A stretch of DNA of 64,000 nt from NCBI GenBank assembly GCA_963843555.1, contig CAWJKV010000005.1:256001-320000 (forward strand), read 5' to 3'. Source of the DNA: an uncultured Methanosarcinales archaeon. Lineage in GTDB: Archaea > Halobacteriota > Methanosarcinia > Methanotrichales > Methanotrichaceae. Below the pieces are notes generated by a model, which saw nothing but the letters and a program-made list of their open reading frames with translations, was not told where the DNA came from and did not search any database. The stretch's first letter is position 1. The number at the start of each line of letters is the position of its first letter. Positions 27,463-39,780 of the stretch are shown here, piece after piece. The position numbers and the translations under genes were made by a program.

Positions 27463-30132
27463 ATGAGTAGAGAAGTAGATGTTAGAGATTCCAGCGTCAA
27501 TAGAGCAACGAGCGCCAGAAAGAATAAGCTGACGTCCCTGGCAACGGACGCCACGTCAAAAGATCTCAATGTTAGTATCAAAAGGTTCAACCCGTTCACC
27601 GGCAACCCGGAGTTGATAGCGATCTGAACCAGCCGCGTCTGAGAAGGTCAACTTCGTTCAGAGAGCTCTGGATCATGTCCAGAGGTTATCAAGGCCAATG
27701 GGATTGGCTGCAACTCAGTCTGCCGAGTACATGCCTGATCCGAATTATCAAGACAACCAGCAGCGGTGCAGTGGCTGTCCACCTGCGTCAGAAGTACAAG
27801 GGCATCAAGATCTTTCAGGCAGCTCAGACAGTGCGATTTGATCCTGACGGCGGGATCAAGGAGACTGTGGGCAACAGCTTCACCGTCTCAGCGGATCTTC
27901 CGGTATCGCCCAAGCTATCAGTCGAGGAGGCGGTGCTCGTGGCGGCAAAATTTGTAGCGTCGCCTCATGCCGATGAGCAGGGGGCCAAAGATCAGTTCGG
28001 AGAACCAATGTACTTTAGCAGCATAGACCTGACCGGCTTTGTCCCCAGGGTCACAGCGGCCTTCAACAACGGTCCCGATCGTTCCTCAGTGCTGGAAAGT
28101 GGTCCCTTTGGCGATAGCATTAAGGCCAACCTGGAATGGTTCCCGGTGGGCGACGACTTCAAACTGGCCTGGCAGATGATCCTGACCATGCCCAAATCTG
28201 AAGGTCAGTACCGGGTCATAGTGGATGCAGAGACAGGCGAGATACTCTACTCCCATCAGCTCATGAAATCTTTGACATTCAGAGGAAACGTCTTCAAAGT
28301 GGACGGAGGACAGCCGCGCCAGATGACCGATATTCCTCTTCCAATGAACAACTATGGCATGCCTCCCAGGATGCCCATGCCCCCATCTCCACCTGACTTC
28401 CCCTGGAATTGGGTGGAAAGCGACAGCACTGCAGGCAACAACGTGTATGCTCACCTGGGTGACAACGGTCCGATTGTGAAGGGAACGGTTAAGGACGGAG
28501 TCCTGGTCTTCGACGACCCTGATGATAAAAGCGATTTCCAGAAGGTCGTCAACATATTCTATTACTGCAACTATATGCACGACTTCCTTTACGTTCTGGG
28601 CTTCAGAGAGGCCGACGGGAACTTCCAAAAAGACGATTTCGGCAGGGGAGGGCAACCAGGCGATCGCGTCGATGCCCGCTCTTATCCGGGAGCAGTTAGC
28701 GGTACCGCCAACATGTCCACTCCGGCGGACGGCAAGACGCCTATTATGAGAATGGGGCTGGTGACTTCAACACAACGTCATACTGCCATGGACTCCACCG
28801 TCGTCTTCCACGAGTATACCCATGGCCTAACCAACCGCCTGGTCGGCGGGCCCATGAATGACAGCGCTCTGGAAGCAGAACAGAGCGGAGGGATGGGTGA
28901 GGGCTGGAGCGACTACATGGCCTGCACCATCAATAACATCGACGTGGTCGGGGCATGGGTAGTTAACAACCCCGACGGCATCAGGCAGTTCCGCTATGAC
29001 AGCAATTTTCCGGACAACTTCGGAGATATCGGGAGCGGTCGCTACGATGAGGTGCACAACATCGGAGAGCTCTGGTGCGCGACCTTATTGGAGATGAACA
29101 GGAGGATAGGAGATGAGCTGACCCTAAATCTGGTACTGGACTCCCTGAGGCTGGCACCTGCAAATCCAAGTTTCATCGACATGCGCGACTCCATGCTTGC
29201 GGCTCTTGAACATATGCTTACAGCCCCTAATCCCATGAGCCCTGCGGATTACGACAAGGCCAAAACGGGAATGTGGGCGGTCTTTGCCAAGTTCGGCATG
29301 GGTGTGGGAGCAAGATCGAATGGCGCAACTCTGGATGGAGTTGTGGGAAGCTTCGAGATTCCCTCCCCGGTAGAGCCAGGGACGACGATACATGTGGAGG
29401 CAAACCCCAATCTGGCCATTCCGGATAATAATTCGAATGGAGCCACCAGCGTGCTAAATGTAACTGAGACGGTCGCAGTCGCACGATTGGCAGTCACACT
29501 CAAGATCCAGCACAGCTATATCGGAGACCTCAATGTGAGCCTGACCACACCGAACGGCAAGATCGCCATCCTGAGCGACAGGGAGGGAGCAAGCACGCAT
29601 AACATGGACAGGACCTTTACGAGCCAGGATACGCCGGTTCTGGCTGCACTCATAGGCGAACAGGCCAGAGGGAGACTGGATCCTGAAGGTCGCAGACGTG
29701 GCAGAGAATGATACCGGCACATTAGATCACTGGAGCCTGGATTTTAATCCCTCTCAGGTGAAGGAGCCGGTGCGCGGCGAGGCGACACCAGCAACAGCGA
29801 TCCCTGATAAAGATCCCAGCGGCGTTTCCAGCATCATTGCCATCCCCCAATCCGGCAAAATCCAGGGATTGAAGGTCGGAGTCGATATCACTCACACGTA
29901 TATTGGCGACCTGAAGGTAGAGCTGACCTCACCCGCGGGCAACAAGGTTGTGCTCTGGAACCAGGCCGGGTCCGGTCAAGACAACCTGATAACCGTCTTC
30001 GATCCAGTATCGATACCGGCTCTGGCGACTCTGGCCGGCCAGGAGATGAAGGGCAACTGGACTCTGAAAGTGAGCGACCTGGTGGGTCAGGATGTAGGTA
30101 AGCTTAACAAGTGGAACCTGGAGATTACCTGA
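27463..30132 (+). CDS. M36 (fungalysin-like) metallopeptidase with propeptide and two P-proprotein convertase domains; several frameshifts
   Basis: GFREADGNFQ, ANMSTPADG, VFHEYTHGLTNRL, GMGEGWSD, EVHNIGELW; two H[ST]YIGDL domains; 5' end MSREVDVRD at 27463 after GGAG. Confidence 0.88.
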
Positions 30133-30239
30133 TCCAAACGAGAGATCAATTTCTAAATTAAATTCTATTTTTTATCATCTTCGATCAAGTGATCAACTCC
30201 GCACCAAGAAATTATTTATTGCTTCCCGGCATAACTATC

Positions 30240-31142
30240 ATGGTGACCTACTACGATGCGGTTCGGCGCATTCTTATCGTTGTATTCGTCCTGAACATAT
30301 CCGTAGCCCTGCTTAAAGGAGGTTATGGCCTGATCACCAACTCCCTGAGCATGAGCGCCGACGGCCTGCATTCCCTTTTCGATAGCACCTCCAACATCAT
30401 AGGCCTGGTGGGCATCTCCATAGCCTCCCGCCCGCCCGACAAGGAGCATCCATACGGCCATGCCAAGTTCGAGACATTTGCCTCTATAGGCATCGCCGTC
30501 CTTCTCTTCTCCAGCTGCTTTCAACTGATACTGGCCTCAATCGATCGCTTTGAAAATCCGTCTGTCCCCGAGGTAACCTTGCTCTCCTTCGGCATCATGG
30601 GCCTGACTCTTGCTATCAACATCGGCGTTTCGGCTTATGAGTATATCCTGGGCAAGAGGTTGAAGAGCAGCATCCTGGTGGCCGACTCCATGCACACCCG
30701 AAGCGACGTTTATGCTTCGCTGGGGGTCATTCTGGGACTTGTGGCCATCAAGATGGGCTACCCACTGGCCGATCCGGTCATAGCCCTGATCATCTGCGGC
30801 CTGATCATTTTGACCGGCCTGGAGATCATAAGAGACAGCTCCAGTGTCTTGCTGGATAAGGCTCCGATTGAAGAGAGCGTGATAGTCGATCTGGCAAAGT
30901 CGGTAGATGGGGTTTGCACCTGCCACCGCGTCCGGACGCGCGGCATGGCGGGAGAGATTTATGTGGATCTGCATATCGGAGTGGACTCGTCGCTATCCAT
31001 CGACGCCGCTCATAAAGTGGCCAAAGATGTAGAGCATAACATAAAAAGCAAGATCATTGGCGTCAAGGATGTAGTGGTGCACCTGGAGCCCAAGGACTAC
31101 TGCGAGATGAGGGCTCCAAAAGGCTCAGCCAGCCAGGAGTGA
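30240..31142 (+). CDS. Cation diffusion facilitator family transporter
   Basis: ADGLHSLFD, PPDKEHPYGHAKFE, ADSMHTRSD, VVVHLEP. Confidence 0.93.
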   Translation: MVTYYDAVRRILIVVFVLNISVALLKGGYGLITNSLSMSADGLHSLFDSTSNIIGLVGISIASRPPDKEHPYGHAKFETFASIGIAVLLFSSCFQLILASIDRFENPSVPEVTLLSFGIMGLTLAINIGVSAYEYILGKRLKSSILVADSMHTRSDVYASLGVILGLVAIKMGYPLADPVIALIICGLIILTGLEIIRDSSSVLLDKAPIEESVIVDLAKSVDGVCTCHRVRTRGMAGEIYVDLHIGVDSSLSIDAAHKVAKDVEHNIKSKIIGVKDVVVHLEPKDYCEMRAPKGSASQE

Positions 31143-31191
31143 GTCTGTCTAAAAGCGATAATAGGAAAAAAATGGAGGATGAGTATGGCGG

Positions 31192-34100
31192 ATGAGCATG
31201 GGGGGAGAAGTACTGATGCAAGATATTATAATTGCTGTTTCTGAGTCAGGAACCGCGCAGACCAGAACCTTTGACTACATAGTTACAGTGGCGGGAGAGG
31301 TCAAAGCCGAGGAGGACGCTCTCACCCGTCCAGACTTCCCAGGTGCGAGAGATGGCAATGCAGTATCTCTCTCTTCTGAATAGCGCAAGCCCGGGCGGGA
31401 AGAGTTATCTGCCCATCCTGGGAGCAGGTCTATTTCATCTCTTTCTTGAGGCCGGATGGCAGGAATTCGGCTCAAAGGTATTGCCGGGAGGTAGACTGGT
31501 TATCAGTTCGTCAATTCCGGAGGTTCTGCAGCTGCCCTGGGAAGAGCTCCGCCTACCCGGCCTGGAAAATACCCTGGGCCAGAGCGACAAATTCAGCATC
31601 TTACGCCATCCAAAGAGTTCGGTTGGACTTTCCACATCCTCGCACGATCTGTCTCCCGGCCCCTTGCGGGTGCTCTTCCTGGCGGCCGAGCCCCTGGAAT
31701 TCGAGCGAGAAGAGAGCGAGATGCTCAAAATTGCCGAGGGACTGGAATTAATACTGGAGATCTCTGACACCGGAACCCTGGAAGAGCTGAAAAGCCTGGC
31801 TGAGGCCTTCCGCCCTCACCTGGTGCACCTGGTGGGCCAGGGAAGAATGACCGGCGTTCAGGCCCTGTTTTCCATGCCGGGCACGGGAGGCCGAATGATC
31901 CCTCGATCTGCAGAGGAGCTGGCCGGGGCCCTGAGGAATAATGGTGTCGAGTGTTTAATCCTGGGCGGCCGGCAGAGCGAGCCCGCATTTGCTCAGGGGC
32001 TTCTCAGCCAGCAACTGGCGGAGCATATCCCTCTGGTCCTGGCCTGGAATGGCTCAACCGCTTCTGCTCTGTCCTTCTATCGTTCTATTGTAAAGGGCCA
32101 ATCTCTGGATATGGCTCTAAAAGCCACAGCTCACGAGATGCAAAAGAGCGGAGGGGAAGCGATCACTGCTTTTCCCGTCCTTTATGCGACCATAGATCAA
32201 TCCAGAGATCAATCAGGGCTCTTCGATCCCCAACGAATGGCCCTCGTTCGGGCCTCTGTCTGCAAAGAGCAGCCTGCACTGCCCGGCATGACAGAAGGAT
32301 ATGCGGAGTGCTTCCTGGACAGGAGACGGGATCTGCAGCAATTCGTTCCTGCTCTTCTTGATGGATCAACGCATACTCTGATCCTAACCGGCCCCCGAGG
32401 CTCCGGCAAGAGCACTCTTTCTAACCATCTTGCCCGCATGCTTACTCAATCCGGCTATTCCATCCTGCCCATCTACTCGTCTCCCAAAAATCCCCTGAGC
32501 TCAGCTCGCCTTCTGGAAGCAGTCATTGGCCATATAACCGCAGCCGGACCTCTGGAAGAACAAAAGAGGCTCAAGGATCCGAATCTCCCCGTCGAGGAAA
32601 GGCTGAAGAATTCAATGGAGTTTTTGAAAGCAAGTCGCATCCTGATGGTATGGGATGACCTGGATCTGGAGGCCAAGACGGGCAAGATAACAGACCCCAT
32701 TCTTAAAGACTTCTATCTGCAGATGCTCAAAGGCATGAACTTCGGCCGCGCCATCATCACCTGCCCCTCTCTTCCCAATGATGCCGCAATACTGCCCGCC
32801 AAAGCCCGTGAGCTGAAGCTTGCCGGCCTATCCGAGACTGCTTTCATAAGAGTTCTCCTCCAGGATGATTTGGTGGCGAATCGCTATCGTAAGGGCGAGA
32901 TCTCCTATGCCAGTCTTCAAGCGCTGCATTCCAGCGTTTTGGGGAACGCAGCTCACCTGGCCCGGATGCGACGGGCTTTGAGGACGGACTTAAACCCGGG
33001 CGACGATGCTCTTGCATTGCTATGCGCTTCTCTGAGCCAGGCGTCTAATCAGGCCCTTTCCCGGGCGGCGGTCTACGACATAGCCGTAAGCCCTGCAGGA
33101 TTTGCGGCCGTGGCAGAAGTCCCAGTTGAAACAGCTCTTGGGAACGCCGTTCTCTGGCAGAGTCTTTCCCTCGTTTACGGAGTGGGAAAGCTGTGGGCTG
33201 TGCCCTCAACTGCACGTGACCGGCATCTTTCCAATTTGAGCACCGATGAGCGCCACAGAGCACACAGATTGGCTGGAGATTTTCTCCGAGACCTGGGCGA
33301 ATCGGGCCGCTCCTCGGAGCTTCAGCTCTCCCGGCTGGACTGTCTCCTGGAAGCGCGAGGTCACTATCTGGCGGCAGGAGATCTGGAAGATGCCCGGGCC
33401 GTGACGACGCGCATCAGCGGCTATCTGATGAAGCGCGGCTACTATTCTGAACTGATAAGACTGAACCAGGAGTTATTGGGCGAGCCTCATGCCGAGCCCA
33501 TGACATGGATCGCCCGGTCTTATGCGGATCAGGGCGATTACGGAAGGGCTCGAGAGTGGTACGGGCGAGCTATCGAGATTGCACCTGTTGCTTCTGCCTA
33601 TCAGGGTTTGGGCATGGCATACCTGTTCCTGGGAAAACACGACATGGCCAGAGAAAACCTGCAAAAGGCTGTGGATATCTATATTTCCAAAGGAGACAGG
33701 GCAGGCGAGGCGGCCGGCCTGCAGGGATTGGCATCCATCAATATTACGAAGAACGAGAATGAGGCCGCCCATTTGAAACTGCAGAGGATCGCGGAGATCT
33801 CGGGGAGTCTGGGAGACCTGCAAGGCCTGGCCGCCGCTTTGCAGGAGATGGCACGCTTGGATACGATCCGGCATGATTATGAGGCTGCACGACCAAAGCT
33901 CCTCGAATCTCTGCAGCTGATGCAGAAATTGGGCGACAGAACCGGTGAAGCTGTAGTCCAATTCAATCTGGCCAGCCTCTCCCTGGAGAAGGGCGATCTG
34001 GCACTTGCAGATCAGGAGTTCCAAAAGGCACTATCGCTTGCGCGTGAGAATTGTGATCGAAGAGGCGAAGCCACCATCCTGCACAGCCTGGGTCTGATCG

Positions 34101-34450
34101 GCTCGCAGACAGGGGATAAAGAGAAGGCGATGGAGAATTTCCAGGACGCTCTGCGGATTTTTCAAGAGCTGGCAGATAGATCTGGCGAAGCGGGAGCCTT
34201 CTTTCAGCTCGGAGCCGCGGCCGTGCAGCGGGACAAAATCCAGGAGGGGCTCCGTCTGATGGCCATGGCCGCCATAATACTGAGGAGCATCAAGAGCGAT
34301 GAGGTCAAGAACGTCGAGCCACTGGTAGAGCGTCTGGCCTCGCAGCTCGGCTTTACGCAGGAGCAGTTCATGACCATGGTGCAGGAGGTCTTGCAAAATT
34401 ATGTCAAAGATAAGGGATGGGGGCTCGTGGATAGGGCCTCAGGAAAATAG
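31192..34450 (+). CDS. CHAT-like domain + STAND-type P-loop NTPase + TPR protein; frameshift near 31325
   Basis: QLPWEEL, PLRVLFLAAEP, FRPHLVHLVGQG; GPRGSGKST, LMVWDDLD; GDRAGEA/GDRTGEA TPRs. Confidence 0.82.
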
Positions 34451-34513
34451 AGCCAAAATTTCAAGAAAGGCTCTTACGGTCTTTTTTTGCAATCCCGCTC
34501 ACTCTTGATTTAA

Positions 34514-36705
34514 TCATATCCTGCCGAATGGGTTTTGCTTCAACTCACCCTTCTCCTTCCTGTAGTCCGCTTTTAAAGCCTTCTCAAAGCCTTTGCGGTA
34601 GAACTTTTCCATGTACTCTTTGGCCATGCGGCGAGCGCTGAAATTAGGCCCGGACATCTTGATGGTCTCTTTCATCACCTGTACCCAACCGTGAGAGACG
34701 CCATCCTCGTCCACGTTGTAGAATAGGGGCACAATATCTTTCTCCAGCAGCTCGTAGATTGCCGCAGCATCCTTTGCATCTCTGTTTGGACCTTCTTGGG
34801 CGCCCGAGACCGCCCATCCATTCTTGCCGTTGTAGCCTTCAATCCACCAGCCGTCCAGTATGGAAAGCTGCGGAACTCCGTTTAGTGAAGCCTTCATGCC
34901 GCTCGTTCCGCTCGCCTCCATGGGCGGCAGGGGATTGTTCACCCAAACATCCACGCCGTGCACCATGTACTGAGCCAGCAGCTCGTCATAGTCCTCCACG
35001 AATGCGACCCTGCCCCCGAAGACCGGGTTCTTGGCGGCATTGAAGACCTGCTGCAAGAGCAGTTTGCTCTGCTCGTCGTCGTGATGAGCTTTTCCGGCAA
35101 AGATGAGCTGTACCGGCCTCCAGGGGTCATTCAGAATCTTCTTGAGCCTTGCCAGATCCTGCAAGAGAAGCGTGGGCCGCTTATAAGAGGCGAAACGCCT
35201 GGCAAACCCCAGGGTGAGGGCTTTGGGATCAAGCATAATCCCTGAGGCCATAACAAGATTCGGATCAGACCCTGAGTTCAGCCATCTATTCCGCGCCCGT
35301 TCTCTTATCTTTTCGATAAGCATGCTCTTCATGGTATTGATGGTGACGCCATAGATTCATGATCCGGTATCTCGTCGATCAGCTCCCAGATGCGGCTCTG
35401 GTCGTGCTCCTCCAGCCAGGTCCGGCCAAGGTAGCGGTTGAAGATCACATCGCCCAGGCGCCTGTCAATCCAGGAGGGCACATGCACACCGTTGGTTATG
35501 TAATCGATGGGAACCTTTTCCGGAGATTGTTTCTGCCATAGCTGCTGCCACATCTTTCGGCTGACCTCTCCGTGCTTCTTGCTCACAGCATTGCGATATC
35601 TAGCGGAGCGAAGGGCAAAAGCGGTCAGGTTGAAGCCGTCGGGCTTGGTGGGGTCTGTCCCCAAGCGGAAGAACTCCTCCCTGGATAGATCCATTGAAGG
35701 CAGATAGGAGCCGAAGTACTTGTCCAGGAGCTGATAGGTGAAGATATCATGGCCCGCAGGGACGGGCGTGTGAGTAGTGAAGACTGTTGTGTCCTTGACC
35801 TGCTCGAAGGCGTCTTGATAATTCAAACCCTCCTCCACCAACATCCTGATCCTCTCCAGAACAGCAAAGGCAGGATGCCCTTCATTCAGGTGAAGGACGG
35901 AGTATTTCTCACCCAGGGCCTCTAAAATACGTACGCCCCCTATCCCCAGAACGATCTCCTGGCGCAGGCGCCGCTCATTATCTCCGGTATAAAGCCGATC
36001 AGAGATGACACGGTTGGGGGGCTCATTGGCCTCGCTGGAAGTATCGATCAAATAGAGCCTGGTCTTTCCCACCTGGACCTTCCAGACCTCTAAATTAATG
36101 GGAGGATCCATGACTGGCACCTTAATGGATATCGGATTTCCGCTCGAGTCGACTATCTTGCGAATGGGCGCATTCTCCCGGTCCAGGATCTCGCAGGCTC
36201 CCACCTGCCAGCCGTCCGGCGATATCATCTGGCGGAGGTAGCCTTGCGGGTACATGAATCCCACACCCACCAGAGGAATGCCAAGGTCGCTGCACTCTTT
36301 CAGGAAATCTCCCGCCAGAAAGCCCAGCCCTCCCGCATAAAATGGGAGCGCATGGTGCAAGCCGTACTCCGCTGAGAAATAGGCGACAGTGCATTTTTCA
36401 GGGTCAGTCACATTGGCACAAAACCAGCCGCTGGTTGGATTCATATAGCCCTCAAACCTGGCCATCACAGAATCATAATGCCTGAGAAAGTGTTGGTCTT
36501 TAGATGCAACTTCAAGCATTCCTTTGTCTATCTGATTGAGCATCTTCACAGGGTTATGGTTGCTCAGATACCAGCCTTGACGATTGAGGAGCTTGAATAG
36601 CTCCCTGCCTTCCGGATGCCAGCTCCACCAGAGATTGTAGGCCAGCTCTCTCAGCCCGGAGATCCTTTCGGGCAGATCGGGGAATTTGTCTTTGATGCCT
36701 TGCAT
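34514..36705 (-). CDS. glgP: Alpha-glucan (glycogen) phosphorylase; frameshift ~35345
   Basis: LAYNLWWSW, YAGGLGFLAGD, HLNEGHPAF, FTTHTPVPAGHD, ITNGVH, EASGTSGMK. Confidence 0.94.
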
Positions 36706-36830
36706 GAGTGTGCAGCTCCAAGCCGTTATCACTGCGGCTGTCTTCAGAGATATGTCCTTCGATCAAATATTATATAATTTTACTTTTGCAGCTCGCAAAA
36801 CCATAAATGAAATACAGTCCTGGATAATTT

Positions 36831-37283
36831 ATGCAGCGAAAGGTCCAGCTTCGGCGCACTTTAGGGCTCTTTGAGGTCACTTCTGGATATCCTTCTTGCG
36901 ATCAGAGGTGGTTGCCGTCTTTGCCGGCCTTTCTTATGCAAGCTTGCTTCCATGTTTCCCAAAGCCAGCGCCGAATACGGATATACACCTCAGGCCTTCT
37001 GACCTTTTCCGGCATATTCCAGGCGTCTGCCCTGATATTCTTTGCCTTCTCGGCTTTGAGGAGATGGTCAAGCTCTCCAAGGAGGCAAAAGATCCCCAAA
37101 AAAAATATCCCGCGGGGCCTTATTCCGGCCATATCGGCGAGCATCGTGCTCTACATGATGGTGGCACTCTCTGCCGTAAGCGTTCTTGGTTGGGAGAGGC
37201 TGAGCCATTCCGCGGCACCCTTCGCCGAAATTGCCTGTTCTGCCTTGGGGCCAAGTGCTTCCACATTGGTCTTGGACTCATGA
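36831..37283 (+). pseudogene. Internally deleted APC-family amino acid permease remnant
   Basis: LRRTLGLFEVT start, then ALIFFAF/LGFEEMVKLSKEAKDP/KNIPRG and LGWERLSHSAAPFA pieces; only about 450 bp remain. Confidence 0.7.
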
Positions 37284-37411
37284 TTCTGGGTGGCCTGGCG
37301 GCAACGCTAAACAGGCGCTCTCTTCGGTCCAATCCTGAAAGCAATTCCTGAAAACAATTCGATTAATTAATAATTTCTGCAGGTAATTATTAATCAAAAC
37401 AAATTATTATC

Positions 37412-37900
37412 GTGATATCGAAACCTTTAAAGATTCATAGGTGCAACATCTTTTGGGGTGATTTATTGCCTATTAAGTTCAAGATAAGCATTTTAGTGCT
37501 GGCCATATTATTGCTGGCAGGAGCGGCTATTGCCGCTGAAAAGATGAACGAGTATACTGTGAATCTGACGACTAATGATACATTAGGATCTTATCTGGTT
37601 AACCAGACTGGATTTGCCCTCTATTACTTCGCAAATGATGCCCCTGGTAATGGCACCAGCACCTGTACTGGCAAATGCAGCGAGTTCTGGCCTCCATTTT
37701 ATGCTGAAAAAATCTCAGTACCGCAGGGCCTCAACGCTTCTTACTTCACAAATGCCACTAGAACGGATGGGATTGAGCAGACTGCATACCAGGGATGGCC
37801 TCTTTACTTATACTCCAAGGATAAAAAGCCAGGAGACACCAACGGCCAGGGAGTCAACGACGCCTGGTTCGTCCTCAATACCACATATTTCCAGGCTTGA
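37412..37900 (+). CDS. Secreted protein with Lipoprotein_15 (COG4315-like) repeats
   Basis: GFALYYFAND, CTGKCSEFWPP, QTAYQGWPLYLYSKDKKPGDTNGQG. Confidence 0.88.
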   Translation: MISKPLKIHRCNIFWGDLLPIKFKISILVLAILLLAGAAIAAEKMNEYTVNLTTNDTLGSYLVNQTGFALYYFANDAPGNGTSTCTGKCSEFWPPFYAEKISVPQGLNASYFTNATRTDGIEQTAYQGWPLYLYSKDKKPGDTNGQGVNDAWFVLNTTYFQA

Positions 37901-37917
37901 AACTCTGAAGATATAAT

Positions 37918-38454
37918 TCATTCTTCAGACTTTTTTGCCAGCTTATCGGCATACTTCAGATAATTGCAGGCAGGGCTTCCAGTGGGAATGATATTGCCAC
38001 ATACTCTGCCGTCAATGATCTCGAGCTCGGCGACCGATGGGGCGGACATTCTCGGCAGCGTGGTGCTTCCGGGACAGATCAGAAGCCTCTTGCCTTTTTC
38101 GACCAGTGGACGGTGAATGTGCCCAAACACCAGAACCTCCACATCCATCTCTCGAGCCATCATCTCTGCTCCTACTAGATCGGAACCATGCGAGGCCATG
38201 TGCACCAGGCCAATTCTGATGCCGTCAACAGTGATAACCTTCCTTTCCGGAAGGAGTCTTTTCAGCTCAAAAGAGTCGGAGTTTCCCCGCACCGCCTCCA
38301 GCCGTCCCAGCTCTGCCAGGGCAGCGTAGCACCTGGCAGAGACGAAATCGCCGGCATGAAGGATAATGTCCGCTTTCCTGGCGAGCGCGACAACCGCCAG
38401 AGGGAGCTCTTCATCTTCCAGATGAGTATCAGAAAGCGCAATTATTCTGGTCAT
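37918..38454 (-). CDS. Metallophosphoesterase (YfcE/MJ0936 family)
   Basis: LSDTH, HAGD, VRGNSD, FGHIH, PGS. Confidence 0.92.
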   Translation of the reverse strand: MTRIIALSDTHLEDEELPLAVVALARKADIILHAGDFVSARCYAALAELGRLEAVRGNSDSFELKRLLPERKVITVDGIRIGLVHMASHGSDLVGAEMMAREMDVEVLVFGHIHRPLVEKGKRLLICPGSTTLPRMSAPSVAELEIIDGRVCGNIIPTGSPACNYLKYADKLAKKSEE

Positions 38455-38499
38455 GGAAGTTCTATTTGCCTCAAAATCTGAAATCCCCAGTAAATGATT

Positions 38500-39699
38500 T
38501 CACACGTGCATCCTCTTCATGCCCTCTTCCATAATTCCCAAGAACTCCGCTCCCACGGCCACGACACTGTTAGTGAATATGGAGGCATTTATCTCGAAGA
38601 TGGGATAGCGGAACTTGGTGAAGTCGGACATCAACCAGGTGGTAGAGCTGGTGTCTCCGCTGAATAGCTCTGCATACTCTGGCTTTACTGGAATGATCGC
38701 TATATCCTTCTTCCGGCCGTGCTTCTCCAGAATAGCGACCTGACGGGAAGAGGGATTGGCCGTTATGGGCATAACATCTGCCCCTTTGCTGAGTGCGGTA
38801 ATAGTGCCCTCCAGAGCCTCATAGGTATTGCCGATTCCGGTTATGGGTATATAGACATCGCCGATTTGGAAACTTGGCGTATTGAAGTCTCTCTCCCAAT
38901 AACTGATCTTATTTAAATGGGTGAACCTCATCTCAAAGGCCCGGGCCACCAGGCCGGATCTTCCCACACCGCCGATGATGTATCTTCCGCTGCGGGGCAG
39001 AAGCCTCTTGAACCAGTAATCCAAATGGCCAGGGTTCAATTCGTCCATCTGAGAGATGAGGCGGGCGTTCTCCTCAAAGTCTTTTATCCTGCTTCGGTAT
39101 TCAGGACAGGAGGAATCACATACACCCTCAAGCCTGCACTGGATATCAACGAAGAGGGCATTGAGAAAGGCCAAGACCTCCAGCTCGAACTCCGTTCCCA
39201 TAGGAGAGAGTCTGGACCTCATGTCCTTATCGGTGGCGTATTTCGTTCGGGCCTTGATCACCAGCGCCGATCCGCGCTCGTATTCGCTCACCATCTTGTA
39301 GGCCATGCCATTCTCATTGGCCGTTATGAGCTTGATTTCGCCGCCGCGGGTGATTAAGTCGTCGATATATTTGTTGACAGACAGGGTCTCACCAGAGCCG
39401 GATATGGCAATGCCGAGGTTCTTACCCTTGCGGTAGTGCCTTTGCAGTGGATCTTCCAGGGTAAAAGGAAATACGTTTTCAAAATGGTTTTGGATGAGCT
39501 GCAGAAAGCTGTAAAGCGCAAGGGCTGATCGACCCGCAGCGAGGCCATAAACGAACTTGTTCTCTGATGTTGGTCTCAGGAACTCCACCATGGAGTCGGA
39601 GAAAGCGGCAACGTTTGCCATGTCCAGATCCAACAGCTTCTCCAGAAAGCTGCATTGCAGGATCGTGGCATCGCGGAAGGTCTCGATCAGGCCTGACAT
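38500..39699 (-). CDS. Tandem SIS-domain protein (6-phospho-3-hexuloisomerase-like)
   Basis: AAGRSA...AISGSGET in first half; GVGRSGLVARAFEMRFTHL...ITGIGNT in second. Confidence 0.7.
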   Translation of the reverse strand: MSGLIETFRDATILQCSFLEKLLDLDMANVAAFSDSMVEFLRPTSENKFVYGLAAGRSALALYSFLQLIQNHFENVFPFTLEDPLQRHYRKGKNLGIAISGSGETLSVNKYIDDLITRGGEIKLITANENGMAYKMVSEYERGSALVIKARTKYATDKDMRSRLSPMGTEFELEVLAFLNALFVDIQCRLEGVCDSSCPEYRSRIKDFEENARLISQMDELNPGHLDYWFKRLLPRSGRYIIGGVGRSGLVARAFEMRFTHLNKISYWERDFNTPSFQIGDVYIPITGIGNTYEALEGTITALSKGADVMPITANPSSRQVAILEKHGRKKDIAIIPVKPEYAELFSGDTSSTTWLMSDFTKFRYPIFEINASIFTNSVVAVGAEFLGIMEEGMKRMHV

Positions 39700-39780
39700 A
39701 TTGCATCAAAGAGTGACCCCCCAAAGATAAGCCTTTCCAGGCCACGATCCTTTAGCTTTGCCAATTCATTGGCGGAGCGG

